A DNA stretch of 59,295 nucleotides, filler included, from 6 parts of 6 records of this genome joined end to end with filler, not necessarily neighbours in it; one strand, 5' to 3'. Shown: positions 11,760-22,746, counted from the whole stretch's first letter. Translations and numbers: made by a program. Notes: generated by a model not told the origin, from the letters alone.

Positions 11760-12887
11760 TCACTTCTTTTTAAATTTACCTTTAAATCCATCTACTTTTC
11801 TCTTAAAGAATATCTTACGCTTAAGGTTAGCGAAGCTATAGTCTAATCTATAAAAAAGATATGCTAAAAACACTACTGTAAGCACTAAAGCTATAATCAT
11901 CCATAAATTATTAGATGTACTACCTAAAACAATAAGAAGTACAACAAAAATAAAATTAAAACTAGCAATAATAAAACTAGCTTGTTGATGACTTAAATTT
12001 AAATAATCTACTAAAATATGGTGTGTATGGTTTCTATCTGGTGAAAATGGCCCTCGCTTATTTACAATTCGCAATGTAAACACACGAGCCGTATCAAACA
12101 AAGGCACTATTAATATTCCAATTGCAACTAGCGGTGCATTCTCTAATAAAAATGGTAATTGTTTATATGAAGTAGGCTTTAAAGCCAAAAATTTTAAAGT
12201 AAACATTGCTATCATAAAACCAACAATAAGAGAACCTGTATCTCCCATAAATATTTTACGCGTTGAAGATAAATTATATCCTAGAAAAGCAATTAAACAA
12301 GCATTAAGCGCTATACACAGTAATGCGTAAAAATACTCATTGGACATATAAAATATGGTGGTGTATAACATTAAAATAACTATCCCAACCATAGCTGCTA
12401 AACCATCTATCCCATCAATAAGGTTATACGCATTTATAATTGTAATCATTAAAAAACCTCCAATAAGCAAGTATAAAAAATAAGGGATTTCATTAATATT
12501 AAGAAATCCATGCAAGGAAGTAATTACAAAACTATCACTTGCTAAAACAAACGAAACAGCCATTACTTGTGCAGCCAATTTTGTTAAAGGAGATAATACT
12601 ACCAAGTCATCCTTTAAACCAACTATAAACAAAATTGTCAATCCTGGAATTAAGTAAATAGCTTCGTTATGAAGATCTTTGTCTTTTAAAAAGAAAATGG
12701 CAAAAATTAAACAATAGAAAAAAGCAACTCCCCCTAATGTTGGTGTTACCTGAGTATGAGAACTTCTATCATTGGGATTGTCCATTAACTTTTTATACTG
12801 TACAACTCCTATAATTTTAGGAATTGTTAAGTATGTTAAAAGAAAAGCACCTACAAATAATAATACGGCAGTTTCTAAAAAATACAT
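11760..12887 (-). CDS. wecA: Undecaprenyl-phosphate GlcNAc-1-phosphate transferase (WecA/TagO, MraY-like family 4)
   Basis: RSSH..TPTLGG, GLKDD, NAYNLIDGIDGL, KIFMGDTGS and DRNHTHH motifs; multi-TM. Confidence 0.9.
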   Translation of the reverse strand: MYFLETAVLLFVGAFLLTYLTIPKIIGVVQYKKLMDNPNDRSSHTQVTPTLGGVAFFYCLIFAIFFLKDKDLHNEAIYLIPGLTILFIVGLKDDLVVLSPLTKLAAQVMAVSFVLASDSFVITSLHGFLNINEIPYFLYLLIGGFLMITIINAYNLIDGIDGLAAMVGIVILMLYTTIFYMSNEYFYALLCIALNACLIAFLGYNLSSTRKIFMGDTGSLIVGFMIAMFTLKFLALKPTSYKQLPFLLENAPLVAIGILIVPLFDTARVFTLRIVNKRGPFSPDRNHTHHILVDYLNLSHQQASFIIASFNFIFVVLLIVLGSTSNNLWMIIALVLTVVFLAYLFYRLDYSFANLKRKIFFKRKVDGFKGKFKKK

Positions 12888-12891
12888 ATTC

Positions 12892-13596
12892 TTATAATTT
12901 ATTAAGTACAATTTTAATAAAAAACTGTCCTAAATTTAACTGTCTTCTCCACCTTGTAGGTTCTTTTAACAATCTATAGAACCATTCTAACCCTAATTTT
13001 TGAAAACTTTTCGGAGCTCTATTTATTTTCCTTGTATACACATCAAAACTTCCACCTAATCCCATGTACAATGTAGGGTACTCATTTAAAAATTGTTGCA
13101 TTAAAAACTCTTGTTTAGGGCTTCCCATAGCAATAAAAACTACATTTGGCTTTTTTTTAATTACATCTTTCAATAATGCTTCTTCCTCACCTTCTTTTAA
13201 ATAGCCATCCCTATAACCAACAATGTTAATTTTAGGGAAGTCTTTTTTAAGTTGAGATACTGTTTTTTCAATTACTTCTTTTGAAGCTCCTACAATATAA
13301 AAAGATTTGGTAGTTTCAAATTTTTTAATGATATCTAACCAAAACTCAGCACCCGCTATTTTAGTTGCATTTATCCCTTTTCGTTTTAAAGCCAATACCG
13401 CACCAATTCCGTCTGGATATCCAATATTTTTATTAATTAAGGCCTCTAACTTAGTGTCCTCTTTATTTAATTTTTCAGCATTTAATGCAACTAATATTTT
13501 ATTTTTATCGCCAATATAGTTTAAAAACTGATTTTTAGAGGTAAAGGCATAAATCTTCTTACCTCTAATTAATGCTGACTTAATATTATTATCCAT
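12892..13596 (-). CDS. WecB/TagA/CpsF family glycosyltransferase (ManNAc/ManNAcA transferase-like)
   Basis: NAEK, YPDGIG, IAMGSPKQE, GLGGSFDV and LGLEWFYRL..EPTRWRR motifs. Confidence 0.92.
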   Translation of the reverse strand: MDNNIKSALIRGKKIYAFTSKNQFLNYIGDKNKILVALNAEKLNKEDTKLEALINKNIGYPDGIGAVLALKRKGINATKIAGAEFWLDIIKKFETTKSFYIVGASKEVIEKTVSQLKKDFPKINIVGYRDGYLKEGEEEALLKDVIKKKPNVVFIAMGSPKQEFLMQQFLNEYPTLYMGLGGSFDVYTRKINRAPKSFQKLGLEWFYRLLKEPTRWRRQLNLGQFFIKIVLNKL

Positions 13597-13611
13597 GAAA
13601 AATACAATAAA

Positions 13612-14601
13612 TTACCCCTTGTAAATTACAAACTTATGTGTTTTAACAGTAGCTGCAATGAACTTATTTAACTTTTTTAATGAATAAGGAGTAAATGCCT
13701 TAGGGTGACCAATTAAAACAAAATTTCCTTTATTTTTTGTTTTTCTTACATACTTCTTTAAGGCTTTAAACAACAGTTTAGCTTTGCACCCATCTATTGA
13801 AACTACCGTATGCGAAGGTCTGGTTAATAACCTAACCAATTCTTTTTTATCTATCGCAACCGCACTACCGTCTCCAAAAGAAACATGTTTGTTTTGCTTT
13901 AACATCTTTTTTAAGGCAAACTCCCAAAAGAAAAATGGACTGACTCTCTGTGCACTTATTGCAATTTCTTTAAATTTTCCTTTTGAATCTTGAATTGTTA
14001 AATCATCAGAAAAAGTAAACTCGGTTGTATAGTCTTTAATATTTCTAAAATCGAAAGATTGATTTTTTGAACGATAATAGCCTCCGGGGTATACGGTACT
14101 ATCTATAAAGATATCATTTGCTTCTAAAGCCTTTTTTATTGGTGCAAATGGCTGAGCACTCCACCCCCCTGCCCTATATGCTACAGGAGTTGCTCCTGAA
14201 ACTCTTTTTAATACACCATTGTATCGAGTCACTATATCGAGTACTTCTGTTTCTGAAAAATCGGCTAATTTATAACGCTCTGTATTAAATACCCAATTTT
14301 CACCATCATAATAAGTATCTTCCCAGTGTGGATGGATATGAAGTTCGATTCCATGTCCTTCTGCATGCAATTTTTTTAATTGGTGTGTAACTTTATCATA
14401 GTCACTTTGTAATTGACTAAAATCGTCTTTATACTTCTCTAGCGCCCATAAATACCCTGCATCTACAAAACAAACAAACTTTATGTTGTATGGATTAACT
14501 ATTTTTAACAACTCTTCAGTTGGTTCAATTATACACTTTTCCACCGAGCCACTTCTAGCACCAAAAAAAAGTTCGTAATCTAAGGTTATGTAAATATTCA
14601 T
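13612..14601 (-). CDS. Polysaccharide deacetylase (CE4/NodB-like)
   Basis: ITLDYE, ELHIHPHW, YRAGGW, IDST and GHPK motifs; start overlaps the upstream stop (TAATG). Confidence 0.8.
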   Translation of the reverse strand: MNIYITLDYELFFGARSGSVEKCIIEPTEELLKIVNPYNIKFVCFVDAGYLWALEKYKDDFSQLQSDYDKVTHQLKKLHAEGHGIELHIHPHWEDTYYDGENWVFNTERYKLADFSETEVLDIVTRYNGVLKRVSGATPVAYRAGGWSAQPFAPIKKALEANDIFIDSTVYPGGYYRSKNQSFDFRNIKDYTTEFTFSDDLTIQDSKGKFKEIAISAQRVSPFFFWEFALKKMLKQNKHVSFGDGSAVAIDKKELVRLLTRPSHTVVSIDGCKAKLLFKALKKYVRKTKNKGNFVLIGHPKAFTPYSLKKLNKFIAATVKTHKFVIYKG

Positions 14602-15449
14602 TATACTTTATATTTATTAAACATCATTAATGGAAATGTAAATAAATAATACATAATTTGCTTATATCTAGGTATAACTTCTTTCCATTTTTCATCTTTT
14701 TTGAGTGTTACTCTTTTCTGATGCTTTAAGCGGTTCCCTCCTATTATATGAGGAATATCATAGATATTGTTAAAAAACGACTCCTTATTTTCTATCTCTA
14801 CATGCTCATAAATCTGATTTAGTGTTTCCTCTGGATGTTCTATAAAATCTTCATACTTCACCTTCATTACATTCTTATCTGTCCAACACACCCATTGTCC
14901 TATCAAATTTACCAGACTATAATAAAGAATAGTTGAAAATGGACTACGAGAAGTTTGTACTTTTTTCTGAAAAGAATTAATTACACCTCTTACGTCTCTA
15001 ACCACATATATTCCTTTAACCGAAATTTTAGCACTTCGTTTCAGTAATAAATAGCGAGAAATGTATTTAGAAGAATCCAAAAGAGTTGTTTTTTTAGTAT
15101 TATTCTTTATAGCCTCAAAAATAGCTTCATGAATTTCTAAATACTCTTTATTTGGCTTACTTCTAAATAGTAAAGAAGGGATATTTCGATGTTGCTCTAG
15201 CGCATTAGAAATCTGTTGTTGATTACTGAATGTGTCTTTAGATAATTTTAAATTATTTAAAACAGCTTTCCAAAAACTACAAGTTTTTAAACTCTCCTCA
15301 CACGAACAGTTTTTACCCTCTACTATATGGTCTAAAAACTGATGTAATTCCCCCACTGTTTCAATCTCTGGATGCCCTCCTAAAATAGTAGCCATAATGG
15401 TGGTACCACTACGCCCAGCTCCTAATAAATAAACTAACTTCAATTTCAT
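14601..15449 (-). CDS. PAPS-dependent sulfotransferase
   Basis: 5'-PSB loop GAGRSGTT, LDSSK, 3'-PB motif VRDVRGVINS, KYEDF. Confidence 0.88.
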   Translation of the reverse strand: MKLKLVYLLGAGRSGTTIMATILGGHPEIETVGELHQFLDHIVEGKNCSCEESLKTCSFWKAVLNNLKLSKDTFSNQQQISNALEQHRNIPSLLFRSKPNKEYLEIHEAIFEAIKNNTKKTTLLDSSKYISRYLLLKRSAKISVKGIYVVRDVRGVINSFQKKVQTSRSPFSTILYYSLVNLIGQWVCWTDKNVMKVKYEDFIEHPEETLNQIYEHVEIENKESFFNNIYDIPHIIGGNRLKHQKRVTLKKDEKWKEVIPRYKQIMYYLFTFPLMMFNKYKV

Positions 15450-15461
15450 ATTCTTAGTAGT

Positions 15462-15858
15462 TTATTTAACTTTTCCAGTATTTCTATATTTCAACACTCT
15501 AGCAGGCACCCCACCTACAATAGCATAATCGGGTACATCCTTAGTAACAACAGCACCTGCTGCTACAATTACATGGTTACCTATGTTACAACCTGCTGTA
15601 ATTACAACATTTGCTCCCAACCAAACATCATTTCCTATAAAAGTTTGATAGTATTTTTTACCTTGTTGTTGAATAGGCATATCTAAACTATCGTAATTAT
15701 GGTTTCGAGAATATACCTTTATATCGGGGCCCATAATTACATTATCACCTATATGAACATTGGCTTGAATCATACAACGAGTTCCCAACTCAGAATAATC
15801 TCCCAGCGTAGCATTTGGAGAAATCTCTGCACCTTTTTTAACTCTAGGCTTCATTCCA
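15462..15858 (-). CDS. Hexapeptide-repeat O-acyltransferase (5'-truncated by contig end)
   Basis: IGNDVWLGANVVI..G..IG...VAAGAVVTKDVP..AIVGGVPAR left-handed beta-helix signature. Confidence 0.88.
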
Positions 15859-15958
15859 NNNNNNNNNNNNNNNNNNNNNNNNNNNNNNNNNNNNNNNNNN
15901 NNTTAATTAATTAANNNNNNNNNNNNNNNNNNNNNNNNNNNNNNNNNNNNNNNNNNNN
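15859..15958. other. Artificial contig linker
   Basis: N44-TTAATTAATTAA-N44. Confidence 0.99.
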
Positions 15959-15959
15959 A

Positions 15960-16715
<756 letters not shown>

Positions 16716-16737
16716 GCTTTCGTTTATTTGTTGTTTT

Positions 16738-16763
16738 AAGGGCTGAATTTTCAGCCCTTTTTT
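16738..16763 (+). terminator. Rho-independent terminator after trxB
   Basis: AAGGGCTGAA-TT-TTCAGCCCTT followed by a T run. Confidence 0.85.
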
Positions 16764-17017
16764 GTGCCCCAAAATTAGTTAAACGATACAAACCTCATTC
16801 ACCGTGTTTATAGTGAGAATTCATTATATATATACAATTAATGGCTTAGGTGCGATAGGATCTAAGGCCGTGCAATGAATATCGTCAAAGTATAGTAAGT
16901 AAAACTAGCTATAATTATAGCTGGGCACCAAAGCTTTATTCATTTAGGCATTACTAGATACTGTAAAATCAGTTAAAATGCTTAACTTCATATCAAGTAA
17001 AATACCGAGAGTTTTCT

Positions 17018-19831
17018 ATGAGTTTGTATACAAAATATATGGAAGAAATCCAAACCCGTAAAACGGAGCTTGGATTAAACCCACAACCAATCGATAGCGC
17101 TGAGCTAGTATCAGAAATCATTAATCAAATTAAAGATACTAATAACGAGCATCGTCAAGATTCACTGCATTTCTTTATCTACAACACACTACCGGGAACA
17201 ACCAGTGCTGCGGGCGTTAAAGCACAGTTTCTAAAAGAAATCATTCTTGGTGAAGAACAAGTTGCAGAGATCACTCCAGAATTCGCATTTGAGTTACTTT
17301 CACACATGAAAGGCGGCCCATCAATTGAAATGCTAATTGATTTAGCATTTGCTGATGACGCAGCAATCGCAGCACAAGCGGCTGAAGTACTTAAGACTCA
17401 AGTATTCTTATACGATGCAGATATGGCGCGCATAAAAGCGGCATACGAAGCAGGCAACGCGATTGCAAAAGAGTTATTAGAAAGTTTCGCAAAAGCTGAA
17501 TTTTTCACAAAATTACCTGACATCGAAGAAAAAATCGATGTAGTAACCTACATTGCTGGTGAAGGCGACATCTCAACTGACTTACTGTCTCCAGGTAACC
17601 AAGCGCACTCGCGTGCTGACCGTGAATTACATGGTAAGTGCATGATCACTGAAGAAGCTCAACAAGAAATTGTTGAACTTCAAAAGAAACACCCTAACGC
17701 TAAAGTAATGCTTATTGCTGAAAAAGGCACCATGGGCGTTGGTTCATCTCGTATGTCGGGTGTGAATAACGTTGCACTTTGGGCTGGTAAACAAGCAAGT
17801 CCATACGTTCCTTTTATCAACATTGCACCTGTTGTTGCAGGTACTAATGGTATCGCACCAATCTTTTTAACCACGGTTGATGTAACCGGCGGTATTGGTC
17901 TTGACCTTAAAAACTGGGTTAAGAAAGTCGATGCTAACGGCAATACAGTTACGGATGAAAATGGCGATGCCGTTCTTGAAGAAGCTTATTCAGTTGCCAC
18001 AGGTACTGTGTTAACAATCAATACAAAAGAGAAAAAGCTTTATAACGGTGATAAAGAACTGGTTGATGTATCATCAGCATTTACACCACAGAAAGTTGAA
18101 TTTATGCGAGCTGGTGGTTCTTACGCTGTTGTATTCGGTAAGAAACTACAAACGTATGCAGCTGAAACGCTGGGTATTGACACTCCGCTTGTATATGCTC
18201 CTTCAAAAGAAATTTCACATGCAGGTCAAGGCTTAACAGCGGTTGAGAAAATCTTTAACCGTAATGCCGTAGGTGTACTATCAGATACGCCACTTCATGC
18301 AGGTTCAAATGTTCGCGTTAAAGTGAACATCGTAGGTTCGCAAGATACAACCGGCCCAATGACTGCACAAGAATTAGAAGCGATGGCTGCTTCTACGATT
18401 TCACCTCTTGTCGATGGTGCATATCAGTCTGGTTGTCACACTGCATCAGTATGGGATAGCAAAGCACAAGCTAATATTCCTAAACTAATGGCGTTTATGA
18501 ATAAGTTTGGTTTGATCACTGCACGTGACCCGAAAGGCGTTTATCACGCAATGACTGACGTTATTCACAAAGTATTGAACGACATTACAATTGACGACCG
18601 CGCAATCATCATCGGTGGTGACTCGCATACTCGTATGTCTAAAGGTGTTGCGTTCGGTGCCGACTCAGGCACGGTTGCTGTAGCACTTGCAACGGGTGAA
18701 TCAGCGATGCCAATTCCTGACTCAGTTAAAGTTACGTTTAAAGGCAGCATGGCTAAACACATGGATTTCCGTGATGTTGTACACGCTACTCAAGCGCAAA
18801 TGCTGAAGCAATTTGGCGGTGAAAACGTGTTCCAAGGCCGCATCATTGAAGTTCACATTGGTACGCTGATGGCTGACCAAGCGTTTACTTTCACTGACTG
18901 GACTGCAGAGATGAAAGCAAAAGCATCAATCTGTATTTCTAATGACGAAACACTGATCAAGTCAATTGAGCTTGCTAAATCACGCATCCAAATCATGATC
19001 AACAAAGGCATGGAAAACGAAGCACAAACGCTGCAAGGTCTAATCGATTTAGCTGACAAGCGTATTGCAGGTATCCAATCAGGTGAAGAGCCAGCACTTT
19101 CTCCAGATGACAACGCTAAATACCACGCAGAAGTAGTGGTTGATTTAGATCAAATCGTTGAGCCAATGATTGCCGATCCAGACGTAAATAACGATGATGT
19201 TTCTAAGCGTTATACTCACGATGTGATCCGCCCTGTTTCTTTCTACAACGACAAGCCGGTAGATTTAGGTTTTGTTGGTTCGTGTATGGTTCACAAAGGC
19301 GATATGAAAATTATTGCTCACATGCTACGTAACCTAGAAAAGAAAAACGGTTCAATTGAATTTAAAGCACCACTCGTTGTTGCGCCACCAACATATAACA
19401 TTGTTGATGAGCTAAAAGCTGAAGGCGATTGGGATATTCTAGCTAAGTACGCTGGTTTTGAGTTTGACGATTCTAAACCTAAAACAGCGGCACGTACTAA
19501 GTATGAGAACATCTTATACCTAGAGCGCCCTGGTTGTAACCTATGTATGGGTAACCAAGAAAAAGCAGAACCTGGTGACACTGTTATTGCCACCTCAACA
19601 CGTCTGTTCCAAGGCCGTGTAGTAGCCGATACATCTGAGAAAAAAGGTGAATCACTACTAGGTTCAACACCGCTTGTAGTACTTTCTACTGTTTTAGGTC
19701 GTTTCCCGACTATTGAAGAGTATAAGTCTTCAGTTGAAGGTATTGACCTTACATCGTTCACGCCAGTTGAAGAAGCAATGACAACTAAATTTAACGCTGG
19801 TCAAGCAGTACCAGTAAAAGTTGTTAGCTAA
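17018..19831 (+). CDS. acnB: Aconitate hydratase B (bifunctional aconitase/2-methylisocitrate dehydratase)
   Basis: 937 aa; GSSRMS, GSQDTTGPMT, GGDSHTR, FVGSCM and PGCNLCMGNQ Fe-S ligand motifs; STRLFQGR. Confidence 0.95.
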   Translation: MSLYTKYMEEIQTRKTELGLNPQPIDSAELVSEIINQIKDTNNEHRQDSLHFFIYNTLPGTTSAAGVKAQFLKEIILGEEQVAEITPEFAFELLSHMKGGPSIEMLIDLAFADDAAIAAQAAEVLKTQVFLYDADMARIKAAYEAGNAIAKELLESFAKAEFFTKLPDIEEKIDVVTYIAGEGDISTDLLSPGNQAHSRADRELHGKCMITEEAQQEIVELQKKHPNAKVMLIAEKGTMGVGSSRMSGVNNVALWAGKQASPYVPFINIAPVVAGTNGIAPIFLTTVDVTGGIGLDLKNWVKKVDANGNTVTDENGDAVLEEAYSVATGTVLTINTKEKKLYNGDKELVDVSSAFTPQKVEFMRAGGSYAVVFGKKLQTYAAETLGIDTPLVYAPSKEISHAGQGLTAVEKIFNRNAVGVLSDTPLHAGSNVRVKVNIVGSQDTTGPMTAQELEAMAASTISPLVDGAYQSGCHTASVWDSKAQANIPKLMAFMNKFGLITARDPKGVYHAMTDVIHKVLNDITIDDRAIIIGGDSHTRMSKGVAFGADSGTVAVALATGESAMPIPDSVKVTFKGSMAKHMDFRDVVHATQAQMLKQFGGENVFQGRIIEVHIGTLMADQAFTFTDWTAEMKAKASICISNDETLIKSIELAKSRIQIMINKGMENEAQTLQGLIDLADKRIAGIQSGEEPALSPDDNAKYHAEVVVDLDQIVEPMIADPDVNNDDVSKRYTHDVIRPVSFYNDKPVDLGFVGSCMVHKGDMKIIAHMLRNLEKKNGSIEFKAPLVVAPPTYNIVDELKAEGDWDILAKYAGFEFDDSKPKTAARTKYENILYLERPGCNLCMGNQEKAEPGDTVIATSTRLFQGRVVADTSEKKGESLLGSTPLVVLSTVLGRFPTIEEYKSSVEGIDLTSFTPVEEAMTTKFNAGQAVPVKVVS

Positions 19832-19854
19832 TTCGATGAGTTAGTGATCCAATT

Positions 19855-19881
19855 AAGCGCGTTTTTTAACGCGCTTTTTTT
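19855..19881 (+). terminator. Rho-independent terminator after acnB
   Basis: AAGCGCGTT-TTTT-AACGCGCTT followed by T run. Confidence 0.85.
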
Positions 19882-20024
19882 ATACCTACAATTTGCCTAA
19901 CAGAAACATTGAGTTAGAATGTAAGCCCTGTACTACGCTATGCAATAACACAATAATTTGTTGTTTGTGAATTTAAAGCAACAGGTTACACTTTCTGTGA
20001 TCATTCAGTTATTCAATCGGTGCT

Positions 20025-20741
20025 ATGACTAAACAACTTTATCAACTCTCTAAAAACCACTTTGCTTTTCCTGATCCCAGCCACGCATTAGATGATCCAG
20101 ATGGTTTACTTGCTATAGGCGGTTGCTTATCCATAACGCGCTTAAAAAACGCGTATGGGCAAGGGATTTTCCCTTGGTTTAGTGAATATGAGCCAATTAT
20201 GTGGTGGTCGCCCAGTGAGCGAGGCATTATAGAACTGGATGAATTTCATGTAAGCCGAAGCCTGCGTAAACATTTAAAAAAATATCCTGTTAAAGTGACC
20301 ATCAATACTGCGTTCACTGAGGTCATTGCTGCCTGTCGTCAGCAACGCTTAGAAACCGATGGTACTTGGATCACAAAAAAAATGCTCAATGCCTATAAGG
20401 ATGCACATAAATCAGGTCTCGCCCACAGTGTAGAGGTTTGGTCAGACGATAAACTAGTCGGTGGCTTATACGGTATAATGCAATACGGTGTATTTTGTGG
20501 CGAATCAATGTTTCATCATCAAGCAAACTGCTCAAAATTAGCCATGTGGGCACTGGTTAATTGGTTAAAACGCCATCAAGCGCATTTTATCGACTGTCAG
20601 CTTGAGAACCCTTATTTAGTTACTTTAGGTGAAAAAGTACTACCACGCTCAGAATTTTTGGCTAAGCTTAAAGAAGCAGAAGATTTTATTATTCCGGCAA
20701 CAATGTGGCAACCTCAGGAGCTTATCGCTATTTATGACTGA
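20025..20741 (+). CDS. aat: Leucyl/phenylalanyl-tRNA--protein transferase
   Basis: GLLAIGG, AY..GIFPW, WWSP..RG, AHSVEVW, GGLYG, FCGESMF, SKLA, IDCQ. Confidence 0.96.
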   Translation: MTKQLYQLSKNHFAFPDPSHALDDPDGLLAIGGCLSITRLKNAYGQGIFPWFSEYEPIMWWSPSERGIIELDEFHVSRSLRKHLKKYPVKVTINTAFTEVIAACRQQRLETDGTWITKKMLNAYKDAHKSGLAHSVEVWSDDKLVGGLYGIMQYGVFCGESMFHHQANCSKLAMWALVNWLKRHQAHFIDCQLENPYLVTLGEKVLPRSEFLAKLKEAEDFIIPATMWQPQELIAIYD

Positions 20742-21438
20742 ACAGTTACCTGCCCGTTTAGGATTAAGCCAACAATTTGATTGCAGCTACCTAGCTGATC
20801 GACAAGAGCAACTATTAGTGATTTTAGATCACAGTTGTTACACCCCGAGTAAATTTGAGCAGTTACTAGCCCTTGGTTTTCGCCGTAGTGGCGACCAAAT
20901 TTATCGCCCACACTGCCCCGCTTGCAGTGCATGTAAGTCTGTACGTGTATTAGCTCAGGCATTTATGCCTACAAAATCGCAAAAACGTAAACTTAATAAA
21001 GCAAAAAATACCTTTAGTGTGAAATACTCAGATCAGCAGCGCCCAGAATACTTTGCCTTATACAGTAAATACATTACCGAGCGCCACCAAGATGGTTCGA
21101 TGTTCCCGCCCGATCAAAGTCAGTTTGACAGCTTTATATTTTGTCATTGGTTACCAATCACTTTTATTGAGTTATGGGATCAAGAAAAACTCGTTGCTGT
21201 GGCGGTAACTGATTGTATGCACAAGGCTGTTTCTGCTATTTATAGTTTTTTTGATCCAGACTATGAGCACTACAGTGTGGGCACAATTATGATTTTAGAG
21301 CAGATAAAGTTTGCCAAGCAATCTGATAAAGAATTTGTCTATTTAGGCTATCAAATAGATGAATGTGCTAAAATGCGCTACAAAACTCAGTTTTTACCGG
21401 CCCAAAATAGGGTTGCAGAACAGTGGTTGGCTATTTAA
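20734..21438 (+). CDS. ate: Aspartate/glutamate leucyltransferase (ATE-like, Bpt)
   Basis: CSYL, GFRRSG..YRPHCPAC..C.SVR, RH.DGSM, SAIYSFFDPD, YLGYQI...KMRYK; ATG at 20734 overlaps the aat stop. Confidence 0.93.
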   Translation: MTEQLPARLGLSQQFDCSYLADRQEQLLVILDHSCYTPSKFEQLLALGFRRSGDQIYRPHCPACSACKSVRVLAQAFMPTKSQKRKLNKAKNTFSVKYSDQQRPEYFALYSKYITERHQDGSMFPPDQSQFDSFIFCHWLPITFIELWDQEKLVAVAVTDCMHKAVSAIYSFFDPDYEHYSVGTIMILEQIKFAKQSDKEFVYLGYQIDECAKMRYKTQFLPAQNRVAEQWLAI

Positions 21439-21510
21439 TTTGCAAAAAAGCCTGCTGTGGCTTTACTTATTGCAGTATTTTCGGCAGAATCTGCATCGTT
21501 TAACTATTAA

Positions 21511-21747
<237 letters not shown>

Positions 21748-21875
21748 GTTAGTGCGTTAACGAAATATCAAGTTTTTAGCTAAGTTGTCTGAGTAACTTA
21801 GTTACTTTCTACACTAGCTTGAAGCGTTTATTAAATGTAATTGAAAGCAGTTGCTGACCATTACATTTAATAAAC

Positions 21876-21901
21876 AAAAAGCCCAGCAATTGCTGGGCTT
21901 T
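21876..21901. terminator. Likely bidirectional terminator downstream of infA
   Basis: AAAAAGCCCAGCAATTGCTGGGCTTT perfect palindrome at the contig end. Confidence 0.8.
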
Positions 21902-22001
21902 NNNNNNNNNNNNNNNNNNNNNNNNNNNNNNNNNNNNNNNNNNNNTTAATTAATTAANNNNNNNNNNNNNNNNNNNNNNNNNNNNNNNNNNNNNNNNNNN
22001 N
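21902..22001. other. Artificial contig linker
   Basis: N44-TTAATTAATTAA-N44. Confidence 0.99.
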
Positions 22002-22525
22002 GCTTCCTCTACAACAGGAGCCTCTTCAACAACTGGAACCTCTTCGACTTTCGGAGCTTCCTCTACCGCAGGGACTTCTTCAACAACAGGTGCTTCCTCT
22101 GCTTTTGGAGCCTCTTCTGCCGCAGGTGCTTCTTCGACCTTAGGAGCTTCCTCAACAGCAGGCGCTTCTTCTACCGCCGGTGCAGGTACCTCTTCAGCCT
22201 TCGGCTCTTCAGCAGCTGGCGCTGGTGCCTGTTCGGCAGCCTTTGCCGCGTCTAAATCAGCTTGAGCCGCATTAACAGCCGCCTGAGCAGCGTCCACTTG
22301 AGCTTGCGCCGCTTCAACGTCGCCGCCATTTGCTGTGGCATCAGCTAAAACTGCCTGCGCGGCCTGCAATTGTTCCAACGCGCTATTGAGCGCAGCGGCC
22401 GCATCACCCGATTGAGCAATCTCATAGGCAAAGCTATGGTTTATGTTGCCTGCATTTGCAGCAAACGCTGGTTGCAAAGCGAAAATTACGGCAGTCGTCG
22501 CCATCAATGTTTTCTTCAAGATCAT
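22002..22525 (-). CDS. Exported Ala/Glu/Pro-rich protein with EEAP(K/A)(V/A) hexapeptide repeats (3'-truncated)
   Basis: Signal peptide MILKKTLMATTAVIFALQPAFA, Ala/Gln coiled coil, then 18-nt tandem repeats running into the contig edge. Confidence 0.8.
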
Positions 22526-22746
22526 ATTTCGATCCTTTCAATTTGTAGTGTGCATGAAGCAATGCTGTCCACATTCCCCCAGTGCGACTTCGATAGGCCA
22601 ATGGCCCAAACAATGGTCTGCCCTTCACAAACCAGACTCTAGTGTAAATGTGGCTTCTTTAGGATGGACGTTAACGCCATACCCCTTGACGGGAGCCCCC
22701 CGCGTCATGCAAAGCCAGCGCAACACAATTCAAAGGACGTCACCCC

